Assembly (NCBI GenBank): GCA_977030845.1
Contig: OZ365112.1
Span: 7,068,001 to 7,132,000, forward strand
Reading direction: 5' to 3'
DNA length: 64,000 nucleotides
DNA from: Fimbriosthenelais zetlandica
Lineage: Eukaryota
Part shown: positions 11,934 to 25,500 of the stretch, in pieces
How positions within the stretch are numbered: the first letter of the stretch is position 1
Layout: each line of letters opens with the position of its first letter
Program-made: the position numbers and the translations under genes
The notes under the pieces: generated by a model
The model's input: the letters and a program-made list of their open reading frames with translations, nothing else
Told to the model about the DNA's origin: nothing
Databases searched by the model: none

Positions 11934-14900
11934 AACCGACAAAAAATGAGCCAGTACAAAACATGTCAGCATCATGACCCTAGCTTTGCACCGCTCCTAT
12001 CCCCTTTCCTGGAAGATGCGGATCTGCAGTTATTTGTCCACTGGTTGTGGTTATTGCGCCAATAGTGTAAGTTCTCGGTCAGTTAAGTGGACACGCCCGT
12101 CAAGTGTATGTCATATAAACTTGTAAAGGGCCAGTGTACTCCAGGCCAGGCCTTGCAAGCTCTCCTTGCGTACCATCATGTCCTGAGAGGTCGCTAGCAG
12201 GAGCTCCTCACGCATTGCTCTCAATGATATTAGCCCAGGACAGGTAGAAAATATTTATTTTACAATATATGTCGCAGATACACCTTTCTACAATATTTAG
12301 ACATGATTTTGAGGATTACTTGAAAGAAAAAATCAAGGTGGGGATCATTTCTCATGTCGGACAGGGACGCTAAAGAGGTCATACTTATTATGTGGCATAA
12401 TTCCGCATGGGGCATTTTCCATGTTATGGAGAATGTTTCCATTTTTTTTTAAGTTTTAAGGACACTTTATTTCAACCATTTCCTTTTTAACAGTATTTTC
12501 AGGTGATCTTAATTCTAAATACGTTGTAAACAGATATCTGTGCTTCTTTTGGGCCATAGGCCTACAGCATGTAAAGAACAAGTGTGAACCTTCCCGGCGG
12601 GGGTGTAAGAAAAAGACATTAATGTTTAATATCTTAGAGCAAGATAATGTTTTAAATACGCCATCTACACAAAAACAATAGACTACTAAACGTCTAGTAT
12701 TAAGTGTGTTTACGAACCCCTCAGTCCTTCTATTTCCATTGTTTATTCAATATATACGTCTGAATTATTGTCATTCGACATTTCCTAAAGGTTCCTCTTA
12801 CATATTGAAAAAAATTACACAAAAGAAACAACAAATAGAGAAAGAAAGAAGGGAAAAAGCTGCAAGCACTTTGCATTAGTACAGTGCTTCCCTACTAACT
12901 CCCTCGCATGTATGTATCACCGATCATAGCGCTGAGTGGATGCTTCTGTTTGGGAGACAAATACCCGCGGGAGATAAACATATGGGAGCTACTCTTTGTT
13001 CTAAAATGTCCGCAGAAAAAGCTCCCATACGGAAATGTAATTACCAGGAATACTCATATACCCATGACAATAGGAACTTTTGACAGTCCTTATCTACTAG
13101 AAAAAGGTATGCCGGCAAGAATGAGAGGCACTAATGTCAGGGTTCATGACCTCCTGGTGAAAAGTCTGCAGTTTTGTCTTTTGGATCGACTTAAAGAAGG
13201 GATCTTTGCATTGTTCATGATCGCCCTTGAAGGAACAATTCTTTCTCCTAATACAGAAACTTTACAACTACTCCGAATACATCCAGAAAATCATCTGGAA
13301 ATTTTGCAAGCAATGTAAAAAGAATCGGAAATCATCGGTCGATTTAAAAGATATAAAAGGTTAATAATACACAAGGTTTATTATATAAATTCACGAGACG
13401 TGTAGACATCTTTATGGTCTAAGGAAACCTTTCACCACGAGTTTATGATTCACCTCCCAGGTGCGTTCAGGGCCACCTCCGGGCCTTGGTTTGTTTTTTC
13501 CTTTCACAGCCTCTCACCTCCAGGGACAAAAATGGACGGGCAGAGTGTGAGACAACTGTCAATCAATGGGCTGGAGGCTACTAAGCCATAGTTTACAGTC
13601 TGATGGAGACGAGATAATAGTGAAGACTTGGTTGTAAAGTAGGGGAAGGATAGAGTAATAGTTGTTTTGATAGATCTTGGACCACACATTCACTAACACA
13701 TCCAAGTCTGCATGGAAACATGCTATACATTTACTATAATCATGTCACTGGGTGTGAGATATAGAAACTTCAAGAACCTTTTTTTATTCTAAATGTCAAT
13801 GCAGAGGGGATGGGCGACATTTGCATGGAGAGATGGTAACGCTTTAGGAAAATATGCCGCATCTCTCCTTTGACGTTTTTCACAATGACCCCAGGCTATG
13901 AACAACTGCGCAAAATACTCAATGGATTTGAACAAAACATTGTAATGTATTCAATGTAATAGAGAAAGGTCAACATTAAACAAACTTGACAGAAACCAAT
14001 TTTAAATGTCACTTGAGTGTTAATGTTATGCATCCACAATGATTAAGGACTCGAGTAATACCAAGTTCAATTCAGGATGATATCATTTACATGATTCATG
14101 AATTTGATCTTGAATTTTTCTTGTGGCAATGACGAATTTGAAGCATGCCCATTCCCCAAAACGATGCCTAAACATGGAAGCAAAATGATAGAAGCAAACG
14201 CTAGAAGCAAATGTTAAATCAGTGAAACAAATATGAAAAAGACATTCGCTCCTGAAACCCCAAGGAAGACATGAAATCAACCAGGTGTTCATGGTTATCG
14301 ATGTCCTATATCTCCTCAAATGGACTATGCCAGTTCTTTCCTCCCAACCGTTCCTAAAGGGAAAAGTCAAATTCCCAAAGGATGTGGTGGAAAGGGCCTT
14401 GGTATAGAGAATACAGTGTTATAAAGGCATGGGCTTCCACTATTGGCTAGCTGACAAGCCTGGGGGAGTAGGGGAGAGAGAGGAGGGGACGCTATGACAT
14501 CATATGGTTTGACTGAGTGGTCCCATAGCAACCTTTTGGCGCCTGTTGGCCTGTTTCAGGGCCTGGAAGGCCTCGCTCCTTGACAGACTGTCTATATACC
14601 CTATCGACCCTGGTCAATGCAGCCGGACACAACATCTATATATCTCTTATACATCCCACTCTTCCTACCGCCCCTAAAGTCCACCACTCACCTTTAATTT
14701 ACCTTTATTCTCATAGGAAGTAAATAATTTATACGCAGTTTGTTTTTATATAAAAGGCAAATCTTCGCCATTTCTATGCACTGCATTTCTCATTTAACAT
14801 TCGCCATTCAGTCACATTTCTCACCAGCAAAAGTGGATTAAAAAACTCCTTGATTTGATCTGAATTGACAGTGAAGCCAATTAAGCGATGGCAGCGCCTA

Positions 14901-16489
14901 TGTGACAAATGCAGAAAAAGTGTAAAAACCTCATTTGAATATTTCATTTAATTAAAACTTCCCTCACACTTAAATCACAAAAAGACTACCCAGCATTGAT
15001 TATGACAAGTCCCACTGGCTAATCATCGCCACAGGAAGACATGTCCCATGTTACCAACGTTACCTCCGGTCTATGAACGTTGTTTTGTACCTAAAAATTG
15101 CTTTTCACTGTGGACCAAACATGTCCCAAGAATAAATCCAGTTTTAACGGACAAATGTACACGTATGCAAGCTGAATATCCGGTCAGAAATGCTTGAATT
15201 GCGGTAAAGCCTTCCACTGGTTTTAGCATAGCAGGCACTATTTTTGAGTCGATGTGTTTTACATTCTTAAGAAAGTTGGTTGATATTTTCACTTGGCCGG
15301 CAATGAGGCATTATTAAATTCAATATCCTCACTTCAAAGGCACAACACAAAAGGCATAATTGAATAGTTAGTCATCATTTACATAGAGTATTTTCTGAAG
15401 TAAGTAAAAATAGAAATAGGATGTCAATGGCATGCATGTCAAATCCAAGGTTATAAATAGCTATCATTGAATAATATTAAATATGGAAGAATAGCACAGT
15501 GGAATTGGGAGTTTTAATGTGCAACATTGACCATCAACCTGATACATTCAGAGGAGAGCTTATCAAAAGCTTTGAGTGGAAGTAATGCAATTAGTTCACA
15601 TGGAGAGAGGTATCCTTAACCTTGGGTCAATGCAGCTGATCATGATCAATTCATCAACTGCTCCACACCAAACACATGGCCACTTAACTGCTCTCGACAG
15701 GGAATGAAAAAATCACATACTGGTTACTCCAGTCACCACCCCTGGATGCAAAACCCACATTCCAGTCATAAATTACAATCCTGACTAGCTCTGGATCGTG
15801 AACTTTATAAGTTAATTCTCTGGCAAATTACAAAAACATTTTAATTGATTGCGAAAGTTATAATCTGGTTGATTTTAGGCATAGTTTTTAGGCAGTGAAA
15901 TACGCTACATTTGTGCAGTATCCTGTAAAGTAGGATATCAGGACAGCCGTCAGAAAGTCCTTAATCTGTGCTTTATTCAATGAAGGATGTAAGTAGCAAA
16001 GTGATTCATAATTTCAAGCTAGTGCATATTGCCCACGGGCCGTGAGCCTAATTGCTTCATTCTTGTCGAATATTCAACGTCAGACAAGTTAATGGAAACA
16101 AATTACCTGATGAAATATAGTGCCTTACTCTCCTTGCTTTCCCCACGAAAAAAGTCTCGATTGGGCCAATAATGCTGACAAATATCATTTAATTTACTTA
16201 ATTGGTACCGCTTGCCAACCACCTCCTGGGACTTTAGTGATTATGCCCTGGGTAATTTAATGCTGCGAATAGAATATAATTGTACTGTCAGAGAAAGATG
16301 TGAAATCACTGTCTCCATCTGATCAAAACAATTATTTGTCAAAGTATGAAAGGAGATTTTAGTGTTATTAGGCCTTGGATGTAATGTGTGAAATGTGCTT
16401 CATATTTATACGGGACTGAGAATACCCAATGGCCAATGTGTTTCCCTTCATGCATGTTTTCACGCTCTCAATAGGAGCACAATTACTAG

Positions 16490-16542
16490 TGACGTATTCA
16501 ACTGGAGTGTGACGTCACTACTCACGTGTGAAGTTCACGTCA
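16490..16542. promoter_or_regulatory. Cluster of CRE/E-box motifs (candidate enhancer)
   Basis: TGACGTA (16490), the perfect palindrome GTGACGTCAC (16509-16518), CACGTG (16523-16528) and CACGTCA (16536-16542) give four ACGT cores in 53 bp. The motifs are certain; function is unproven. Confidence 0.4.
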
Positions 16543-19500
16543 CATTTTGATGATCCTCTCCTGGGTGTTCCTTTAGTCAGGGCAGAATGAATGCTCATAT
16601 AAAACCGGAAATTTGCATGCATAGAATGTATCAATAACAAAAACACCATGTCACACCTTTCATAAAGCCTAATTAACATCTTGCATGTCTGCCCAAGCGG
16701 TTCACGCGGAGGCGGTGTGACGCAATCAATGTAGGATGTGTGTAGGCTGCATGAACACAAGTCCCAATACAAAGTCCCAAGTGTTATTGAATAGTTAATG
16801 AACTGATTCAAAAATGACAAGAATATGATACCTTAGGTAGTTATCTGATATAGCTAGGCAGACAACGGAGATTTCTTGACCAGTATGATTTAATAATGGT
16901 TTAGAATCTTTAATTCAAGTCTAGAATTTGTGAGAAACGAGGCATATAAAGTCCACACTCACCAATACTACCACTATGAATTTCTTTTCATAATGAACTA
17001 ACCCCCGATCTAAGGTGGTCTAGTGTAATATTGAATGAATTTTGATACTCAAGTCTAGAATTTGGACAAGAAATGGTGGGATGAACTATAGCTAGATGCC
17101 TTCAGTAGGAGCTAGGAGCTGCCATCGTCGACAATCTGCTATGCGCACCATAAACTTAAAATGAAGTCTCAGTCTCTGTATACCGGTACTTGATTAAAAT
17201 TATATAGATATCTTTGTCATCATTATCTGGACATGAAAACTATCCAGCTATATCATATGCATATACCACTATCTAGAAGCATGCCCTGCGGCAAAATAAG
17301 GATATTCCATGTCAGGGGATACCTTAAATAATAGACTAGAGGGTATTTTAGAACACAATGAATGAAATTATACATTGTTTCACCAGGCTTTGAAACCGTA
17401 GCAAGTGATATCTACAGAATACAAAAAAAGGATCCAATAATTAATGACGTCCAATTAGCAATTATGAGTAGCATGTTATATGATATATAGTATTTGTATG
17501 GTACTTAAAGTATCCAATTACACGAGGACCACAATGTCAGATCTACAATATCATGCCTGTGACCTTAACCATCATTCCAGTTTCTCTGTGCTATTCGCTA
17601 TTCGCTATAACCCGGCATATAAGATCGTGCATGCGAGCACCAACGCTAGTCCAGCAGTAAATATGACAGATATCATTCATCTAGAGAAATGGTCGCGTGA
17701 GAAAAGGCCAAAGGTCAGTAATTGCGATGTTGTTCGCCCACTGTTTGACACGATTCATAAAATAAGCCAATTATCAATTAATGCCTATGTGGGGCTTTAT
17801 ACATGGCACACATGTCCTGGGTATATGGAACGAGTACAATTTTTGAAATTCAGGAATAACAATGCATGCATTAGTGAAGTATTTTGGAATATATGTTTAG
17901 CATTTGTTTGGAGGGGAGCATGGATTCTATAGATACTACATGGATCTTTGCTCAATCTTTATCAGAAAGGTTTGGGTTCTCCAAGAAATAAGAGTACAAA
18001 AGCAAATATACAGCGCTATAGTCTGAAATAAATAATTTGGATGCCTTTCTTTTGGTACGAGAGTGCTCTGTGACCTCAGGCTAATCTTACCTCTTATTAG
18101 AAGTCCCGTGGGTAGTGGCTCGGGTTCTCCTCTTGTCTGTGACATTCTCTATACTTGTTGTGATCTCTTCCTCTAGAGGTGCCACATGCCATGTGACAGA
18201 CGTTCCTGATTGAACTAAACCCAAGAGAGACCACTCCCTTCAACCATCATGCATCCTTTCTTCTCCACCAGTCTCAAGCCTTCAAAGCACGTGCTTCGTC
18301 CCGCCCAGGCAAACAGAGACTCTACCAAAGTTCAGCTCCACTGCGTCCACGACGGAAATAAACATTGATCTTTTTTCAAAAAAAGAAGCTTTGGACTACC
18401 TGTTTTCCAACTCAGTCCTCTCTCCTGCTTCCAACATAGGCACACACTACGGGGTCTCCCCCAACTGGAGGACTGGAACACCAGATTCCAACCAACTTTG
18501 AAAGTGTTAATTGGATTTGTCCAACTCCTGTCCTGAATGAAAGCCTGCTGCTCTGAGCAACTCCAGAGCTTGTTGAGGGAGTGGAGATTCCTGACTGGAA
18601 TGATGGATCACTTCTGCTTTCTTCCTTCTCTTTCTCTCACTCGGAGAGCTTAAATAGGAATGGGTGATCGAGATGCCTTAACTAGGACCGATCCAAATGT
18701 GATCTGATGGACAAGTGAAAGTAGTGCATCCTGGTTTAGCCTTCAGTGAGTGTGCACAGACTAGACACTGCCGCTCTTTTGATACTCTTAAAAGTATAGT
18801 ACAGTAGAGTGCTAGTCCCTCCTGCTACCCGGTCTCTCTCCACTACGGAGAATGACCATGCACGCCGAGCCAGAGATCTCTCGCCCACTTCCTCCCCAAC
18901 CACATCCACCACACATGAGCGCTACCTTCTGCCATGGATATTGCCAATCAAGGCAGGCCCCTTTTAATGTATGACCAAGGCACGTATGGGAAGTGAGGCT
19001 GAATATATATACTTTCAGCCACTTTGTGATGCATTATCATTATGATTCCCGTACTTTAGAGAGAGTGTGAAGGAGGTGGCTCGGATAATGTATTATGATC
19101 TATTGTGAATTCACATATCCATGGCCGGGGGAACTTGATCCACACACGTCTGGCACACTGTGAAGAGAGTCAAGAGGAGATAAGAGATAAATAATCTCTG
19201 CAACACAATGCTGGCACTAATCGATTGATAATTGAGAATGTCTCTGGCGTGAAGGCATTGTCTCATTTGGTTATATGGCAGTGCTCTGCAACTTATCAAT
19301 GGACTGACACCAGTGATTAAGGCGGGTGGTAATTGCATCTAGACACGACAGTCATAGAAAACAATGTGGTCGATTTCAGGTCTTCACTAGCAATAAGACA
19401 AGCTCTCAGTCTATAATCAGTCAGCACCGAGGTGGAAAAGGTAGCAACATGTTTGCAGTTGAAGGGAAACATAACATCCATCATTAATCCCCATTATAAT

Positions 19501-22500
19501 TCCTTTAGAACAAAATAGAACAAAACCTACCATTTAGCAATGTAGCCAACCATTGCTAGGTCAAACTATTAAACCAGCCATTGAAATAAACAATAGTTCA
19601 GAGATCGCCATCTTTGATAGCCATACAATGGCCCGGTGGCTAGCTGTTCATGCATGCCATGCAATATAGAGGCAATCGTGTTTCAATCAGCGTTATGCAA
19701 TGGCAATTTGTTGAAAAGCTTTCCCGGGCTTGAAATCTAATGGCAAGACAATTCCAATCCAATCTCAAATCTGGTTATTCATAGATTTCCATTGGTGAGT
19801 CCGATCAAGACATTGACAACTCAGGTAATCAACCAGTTGGCTGAGTCTGTGGATCTCGGCCATAAGGAGCCTCAAAGCAGCCAGCTTGTACAAGGCCCCA
19901 TGAGGGCAAGTGTATCAAATTGCATTGACGACCTCAGACCGTAACCCTGAGCACTGTTCAACATGGTACTTTGTGACCACCAAGCCTGTTCTTTCCTTCT
20001 CCCATGTGAGTTTTTATATCCCGTTAGAAATCCTCTTGGAAAGCAGCCATTCCACAGTCAGGAACTCTTTCATCAGAGTCGACTGGCTTCCGGGGAATCT
20101 CTTTGCACGCTTCTAATAATCTGTGCTCTCTGCCGTCCCTACTCTTTACAAGTAAGTACAGCCAGTAAGAGGTAAGGCTATGGGAACTGATAGTTACAAA
20201 TCCTCCAAGATAAACTCTACTCTACTGCCACTGGCCTTCCTGGGGGAGGGGAAACACATTACATGATGGCAAAGGCTTGGAATTGCCTCAGCTTGGTCGT
20301 TCCCTCTTTTTTTAACATTTTTTGATATTAAAATAGCTTGGAGCAGTCATACTATTCGGTCTCCCTATATCTTCTTATCTGTATACACCGGGTCCTTATT
20401 GTAGAAGAGAGCAATCGCAAATTAAAGGTTAAAATATAGCTCTCTCTTCTCCAGGATATCAATTTAATCAATCTTACTTAACTCAATGTAGTTCACAGAC
20501 TGCATTCCATGTTCCAATCAAGATCAAGTGGATAAAATGTTCCAGTCTTGTACAGGAGTCCCAGGACGATTAATCAGAATGTATATACATTATATATGAT
20601 CAAGTTTATAAGCAGATTAGTCAGGTATATAGGACTGTTGTCAACAAGATTTCCTAGTATGTAAATACATATTTTGGAAAGGTTACAATGTGATGCTTTA
20701 TATAATTCAAGGAGCAGAGTTTATTTAATTGACAAGTTGACATTCACCATGAGTCATACAGAGAGCCTTTCAATACAAAGAGGAAAGGTAGGCTGTATTA
20801 CAAGGTGGGATGTAGATCCCGGCCCTTTGATCATCTAGAACATGAGGTGAATAGAAACATACACAAGTATTAAATCAGCCTTGTTGCTGCAACACAAAGC
20901 TGAATTGTATAGGCTATTGTGCACTATATCTATGTTGGCATAACATGTAGGCATACAATGTAAAAGTCATAGAGTTTAGTCTATGTAAATCTGTAATTAT
21001 AATAAAGGGGAGATGTATTTAGAGACAGGAATATTCTATTTGGCCATAAGTTGCTTTGCCAAGGTCACCTGCAGCGTTTTCCAGTCCTATTTTTGTGAGA
21101 TGTAAATAGACTTCTCAACTGTGAGTGGTGGCACTTGATGGCAATGTTCGGTTTCATATGATCAATACCGAGCAAAGATGATAAATCAGGTAAGGTCAAT
21201 GACCATTGAGCTCTCTCTCCATGACATGCGGGGTGGGAATTAAAGGTGGGTGTTTTCGTTGGTCCCTGTGTGTATGTGCCTGTTTCCCGGCTGTCAGGGA
21301 GGGCAGGATAAGTGGTCATTGATCACAAGGTTAGTGGTATTAAGATTGATTGACATCATGTTGGCATTTACTCACAGGAAAGCGAATGACCGGAGAAAAC
21401 CCGGTCCTGGGTTTGCTGGCCTTATTGGCAGGTCTCGGACTATTTCTGTATGTAAGACTTTATGTAAGAACCGATGTTATTATCAGTGTCTAATAAGATA
21501 CGAAGGAGGTGTAAATATACAGGTTTGATTAAATAATCTGAATGCATACAAACATATATTGAATAGAATACATAGAAAATGTATAAAATGCATGGCTAAG
21601 AAATTGATACAGAAAACAACAACCAATATGAGCATGATCCAAATTCCAGTTCCAAATGCATTCCATACCACAATCATAGTTGTCTTTCCTAATCATTGAG
21701 CAAAGCAGACAAATAGGACCTGGGGATGCTGTGCCAATGAAGGCTGATGAACTGTAATTTCATAGAATATTTTGAATTAATTGATAAGGGATTTGGCTTG
21801 AAGCCCATTTGTGTTAATATGGAGGGGGTGGAAATGGAATGGGGTTATAGTGGAAAGAGAGAGAATGGTACCAATCTTGTTCTCTTCAATGTTGGCTTGC
21901 TTAGGGCTTAGCAATAGGTCTCGGAACGGTTGTTTTTAAAATTGGGGTTCCATCGTGAAATTACAGTGAGTTGTGCCCATGATGATTGGAAATTAATGAC
22001 CAAACCAAAGAGCTGATCCGCTCTGAACCATCTCTCAAACAGTTCATTACAAGACTTTTAAATTGAAATCATCCTGTCCAATAAATTTAACTTTGTGCGC
22101 GTTCATATGCTCTGCTGAACTGTCAGTGGAAATGTTACATCATGAACTAAATTGTACCTAAGATTCAGGGTAACATAATAATATATTATTAAAGTTATGC
22201 AAGCTACAGTATAGCTGTTCCATGTCCATATCCATGTTCAGCCATGGATCCCCTTTGCTTTAGGTGATGACTAACTACATTCAATTAGCACACCATGTGC
22301 TTCCACAAGTTGATGCTGAGTCAGGTTCACTTAGCAAGTGACAACCTTTTGTTTGTAGATTCAGTCAGGCTTTAAACATACCCACCAGGCAACTGGTTAG
22401 ATTCATATCCCCGTGAGTGGAGAGAGGGGACCACGGGAGGTGGTGTAAATGAAGCATCCATTAACTCTACATTAGCTTGCCAAGCCACATGGGGATAGTT

Positions 22501-25500
22501 CATATCTATGTACCCAATAGGCCTGCGTTCCCCAGCAACTGCACCCTGAGCCATCCATGCCGCATGTGCACGAGGCAGCTACTTGATGCCATTCTTTTTA
22601 CACTTCCACGGGAAATAAGGGAAAAGCCAAAAACTTAACAATGGCAAATGTAGGATACAAAGCTGCCTTTCATGAATTGCACACCCATACTCTTCTGCGG
22701 GCCTTGAGCTGCTCTCAACTGAAAAACCGGTTGGTCGATCCTACCATGGCGAAATGCACTTGGTTAAATGTTTTTGCTTCTTCAGGCGCAAAGTGGTAAC
22801 AGTGCACAGCTTGATTTTGAAGCGGGGTCAAGATAAAAAGGTGTCTGCTCCACCGTCTTAATTGGGCAGCGGATGGATTGTGACTGAGTTAAAATGAGAT
22901 TTGAAGGATGCTGGCGCCTGGGATTACAGCTGATCTGACTGATGATCAATACCCATAGACACAAGGGGCTGAGTGGCGCGGAAGTCTGATTAGTTCCTTT
23001 CCCATCTTTTTCCATCCGCACTAAAATCTGCACCCAAAACTGATGCCTCACCGTCGTGGGGCCCGACGAGGACCTGTCTATCACATCAGGGGGTTCAACG
23101 CCCGGGTTCAATGACTCCCAAACAATCATCGATATCAAGAAACGGTCCATACATTATACATACATTCGTACATTCAAAGATACATTCAATGTTCTGTCAT
23201 AGGAAAAGATCTGAAACAATCACATCAAGTTTCAGGGGTAAGAATATATCAGTTTTGGATGGCATTGTGGTGTTTCTTTTAATGGCTTTGTTGGATAAAG
23301 GGGCAAATATTTGGAATTGACGTTTAATAGGGAGTCAGTGGTGATATACAGATCAATGGTAAGAGTTTTAGTTCTATGGCGTGACGGTGTACAGAAACAG
23401 GCGGACTGAGTCGTCTTTAAGGGATCGATTCCAATTGTCAGGTTACATTCCAACTGGCCTCAGGCCTTCAGCGCCCATTGATTGCATTGTAAAAGGGTGG
23501 GAAATGGGACAATATCTTCTATGGTTGATTTATGGCAACCATTTATTTCATTCTCGCAACAGTGAAGGTTGGTATTCTCACCAAACAAAAAGTAAACAAT
23601 TCTTGGGGAACTCGAGACTGTCAACCCCTGACCGAGATATTGATGCATTGTTTCCGCTTTGGCTCACCTAGAGTTATGTGTTTGATAAAACTATGGGACA
23701 GTATGATGAATATTGATTTGACATTAGTTGGTACAGTGTAGGGGGGAATCTGTCATGGGCACATTTCTTCTGTAAATGATGACGATGATGAAATATTTCA
23801 GCATCATCAATTTCTAATGAAATACAAAAGAAATGTGTCTAAGTAAATGGAATGTACCCATGTTGGATTTTAAGATTATAGTGTCTATTCTGTTTTAGAT
23901 TCGATCACAAACTCGTGGGAGGTAAAATTAAAAATAAGATCAGCAAAGTATATTATTTATACTTTCATCAAAGTGTTTTTTGTCCTGAGACATTAAGATA
24001 AAGTTCAGAACATGTCCAGACTACCCCCCTGGAGGCCAATTTGTCTCGGCTCATTTAGATATCCTGGATCGCCAATTTACGGGGGCCTCGTCATTGTCTA
24101 CAGGGTCCACCGAGTATGCTCTCATCTTAATTTAACTAATGGTTTCACCCGCTAGAAGCTACTTGACCAGAGAGCCAAGACAAAAGCATTGCTTTACTTT
24201 TAAGCTTAAAGTGTTTAGGAAAGGATTTAGCACGGATATTTGCAGGCATCAGTAGCTAAGTGAATATGCTTGTTACTGGCTGTGCTGACATCAATATCTT
24301 GAGTTGCTTAAATTTATGTATTGTGTGAGAGGTACAAAAAGGTCTACACTCACCAATACTACCACTGCACTGATATTTTTCAGTATTGTATTGTTTTAGG
24401 GTGGCCATATGTAATAATGAAGGGATTTTGATAATTAAATTTATTACTTTAGACCGAAACTTTGCCACTTTACCATACAACGTAATGGAGAAGCAATGCA
24501 TTCGACTCTTCATTGCAATATATTCCAACATTCGTCCGACTATTAGCTCGATATAGCTAATGGGATTAAGTGGGCAAAAACAAGATGAGACAACATTAGT
24601 CGGTGAAAGCTATCAACCGATGGACAAGTATTTTGGGATGTCCCCCTTTGGCCAGGTCCAAGACTAAGAGGACCAAGCATGGAGTAAATGACCACAATCT
24701 GTAGACCACTTGACAGAGACCAGAAGGTTCTGGTTCCACAGGAGTGAAGTGCAAATAGAGGCAAGTGAAGGCTGGATGTATAGATTGGTGTACAGTTCTA
24801 TAGTCCGACCAGCCAGATGAACGGCCCGCAGACAAGTTACTGTTAATTTGCCGGCTGTAGGTGGGATGACCTTAATTTTCTGCGATAATCAGTCTATGTA
24901 GAATATATCTCTGGCAGTTATGGGATATCGAAGTGAAGAGAAACACACATACTTTATTGTTTCTCTATCAATTATCCACAAGAGCAATTGCCTGGCTACA
25001 AGAACTCAAGTACAGAAAATATATTGATTGTAAAAAGGCTGCAAAAAGCGTTATGTTGCTAGAGGTGATCTAACCGTACATAGACACGTAGCACTGACAG
25101 GTCCAATATCCATCTCATGCCTCTAACTGATTAACCTTTACCCATGTGGCTAATATGTTTCCATGTCACATCCCCGATCCCCTCCATATATATTACAGGG
25201 TCTGGCTATATTACATACATTATAATTCACCACATATCTTGCATATCTTATCACTATACTTCTGGTGAAAGCAATAAGTAAATGACATTATACGTCAGAT
25301 TCTATTGAACTCACGTCATATCTTGACGGGTCAGAGGAATGTTTCCCTCGTGGAAATTAATCTAATACATCCTTTATTACTTGTTCATTTTTTCCGCCTT
25401 GACAATAGATGGGATGATTAGGCAGTAGCGCTTGTCAAATGACAAGCTCTTCATATCGCAATTTGCTGCCCTAAATGGCTTCATCGTGTCAGCCGATATG

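Noticed and set aside
21380-21540. Possible LINE 3' end
   Set aside because: Only a general resemblance; no adjacent ORF2 motif or clear tail.
23088-23120. GGTTCAA motifs suggesting a tRNA or SINE B-box
   Set aside because: No A-box at a suitable distance and no cloverleaf; no tRNA or rRNA gene could be supported anywhere in the window.
24700-24830. VYSSIVRPA resembling an RTE-type reverse transcriptase C-terminal motif
   Set aside because: A single short match flanked by stops, with no other RT motifs.
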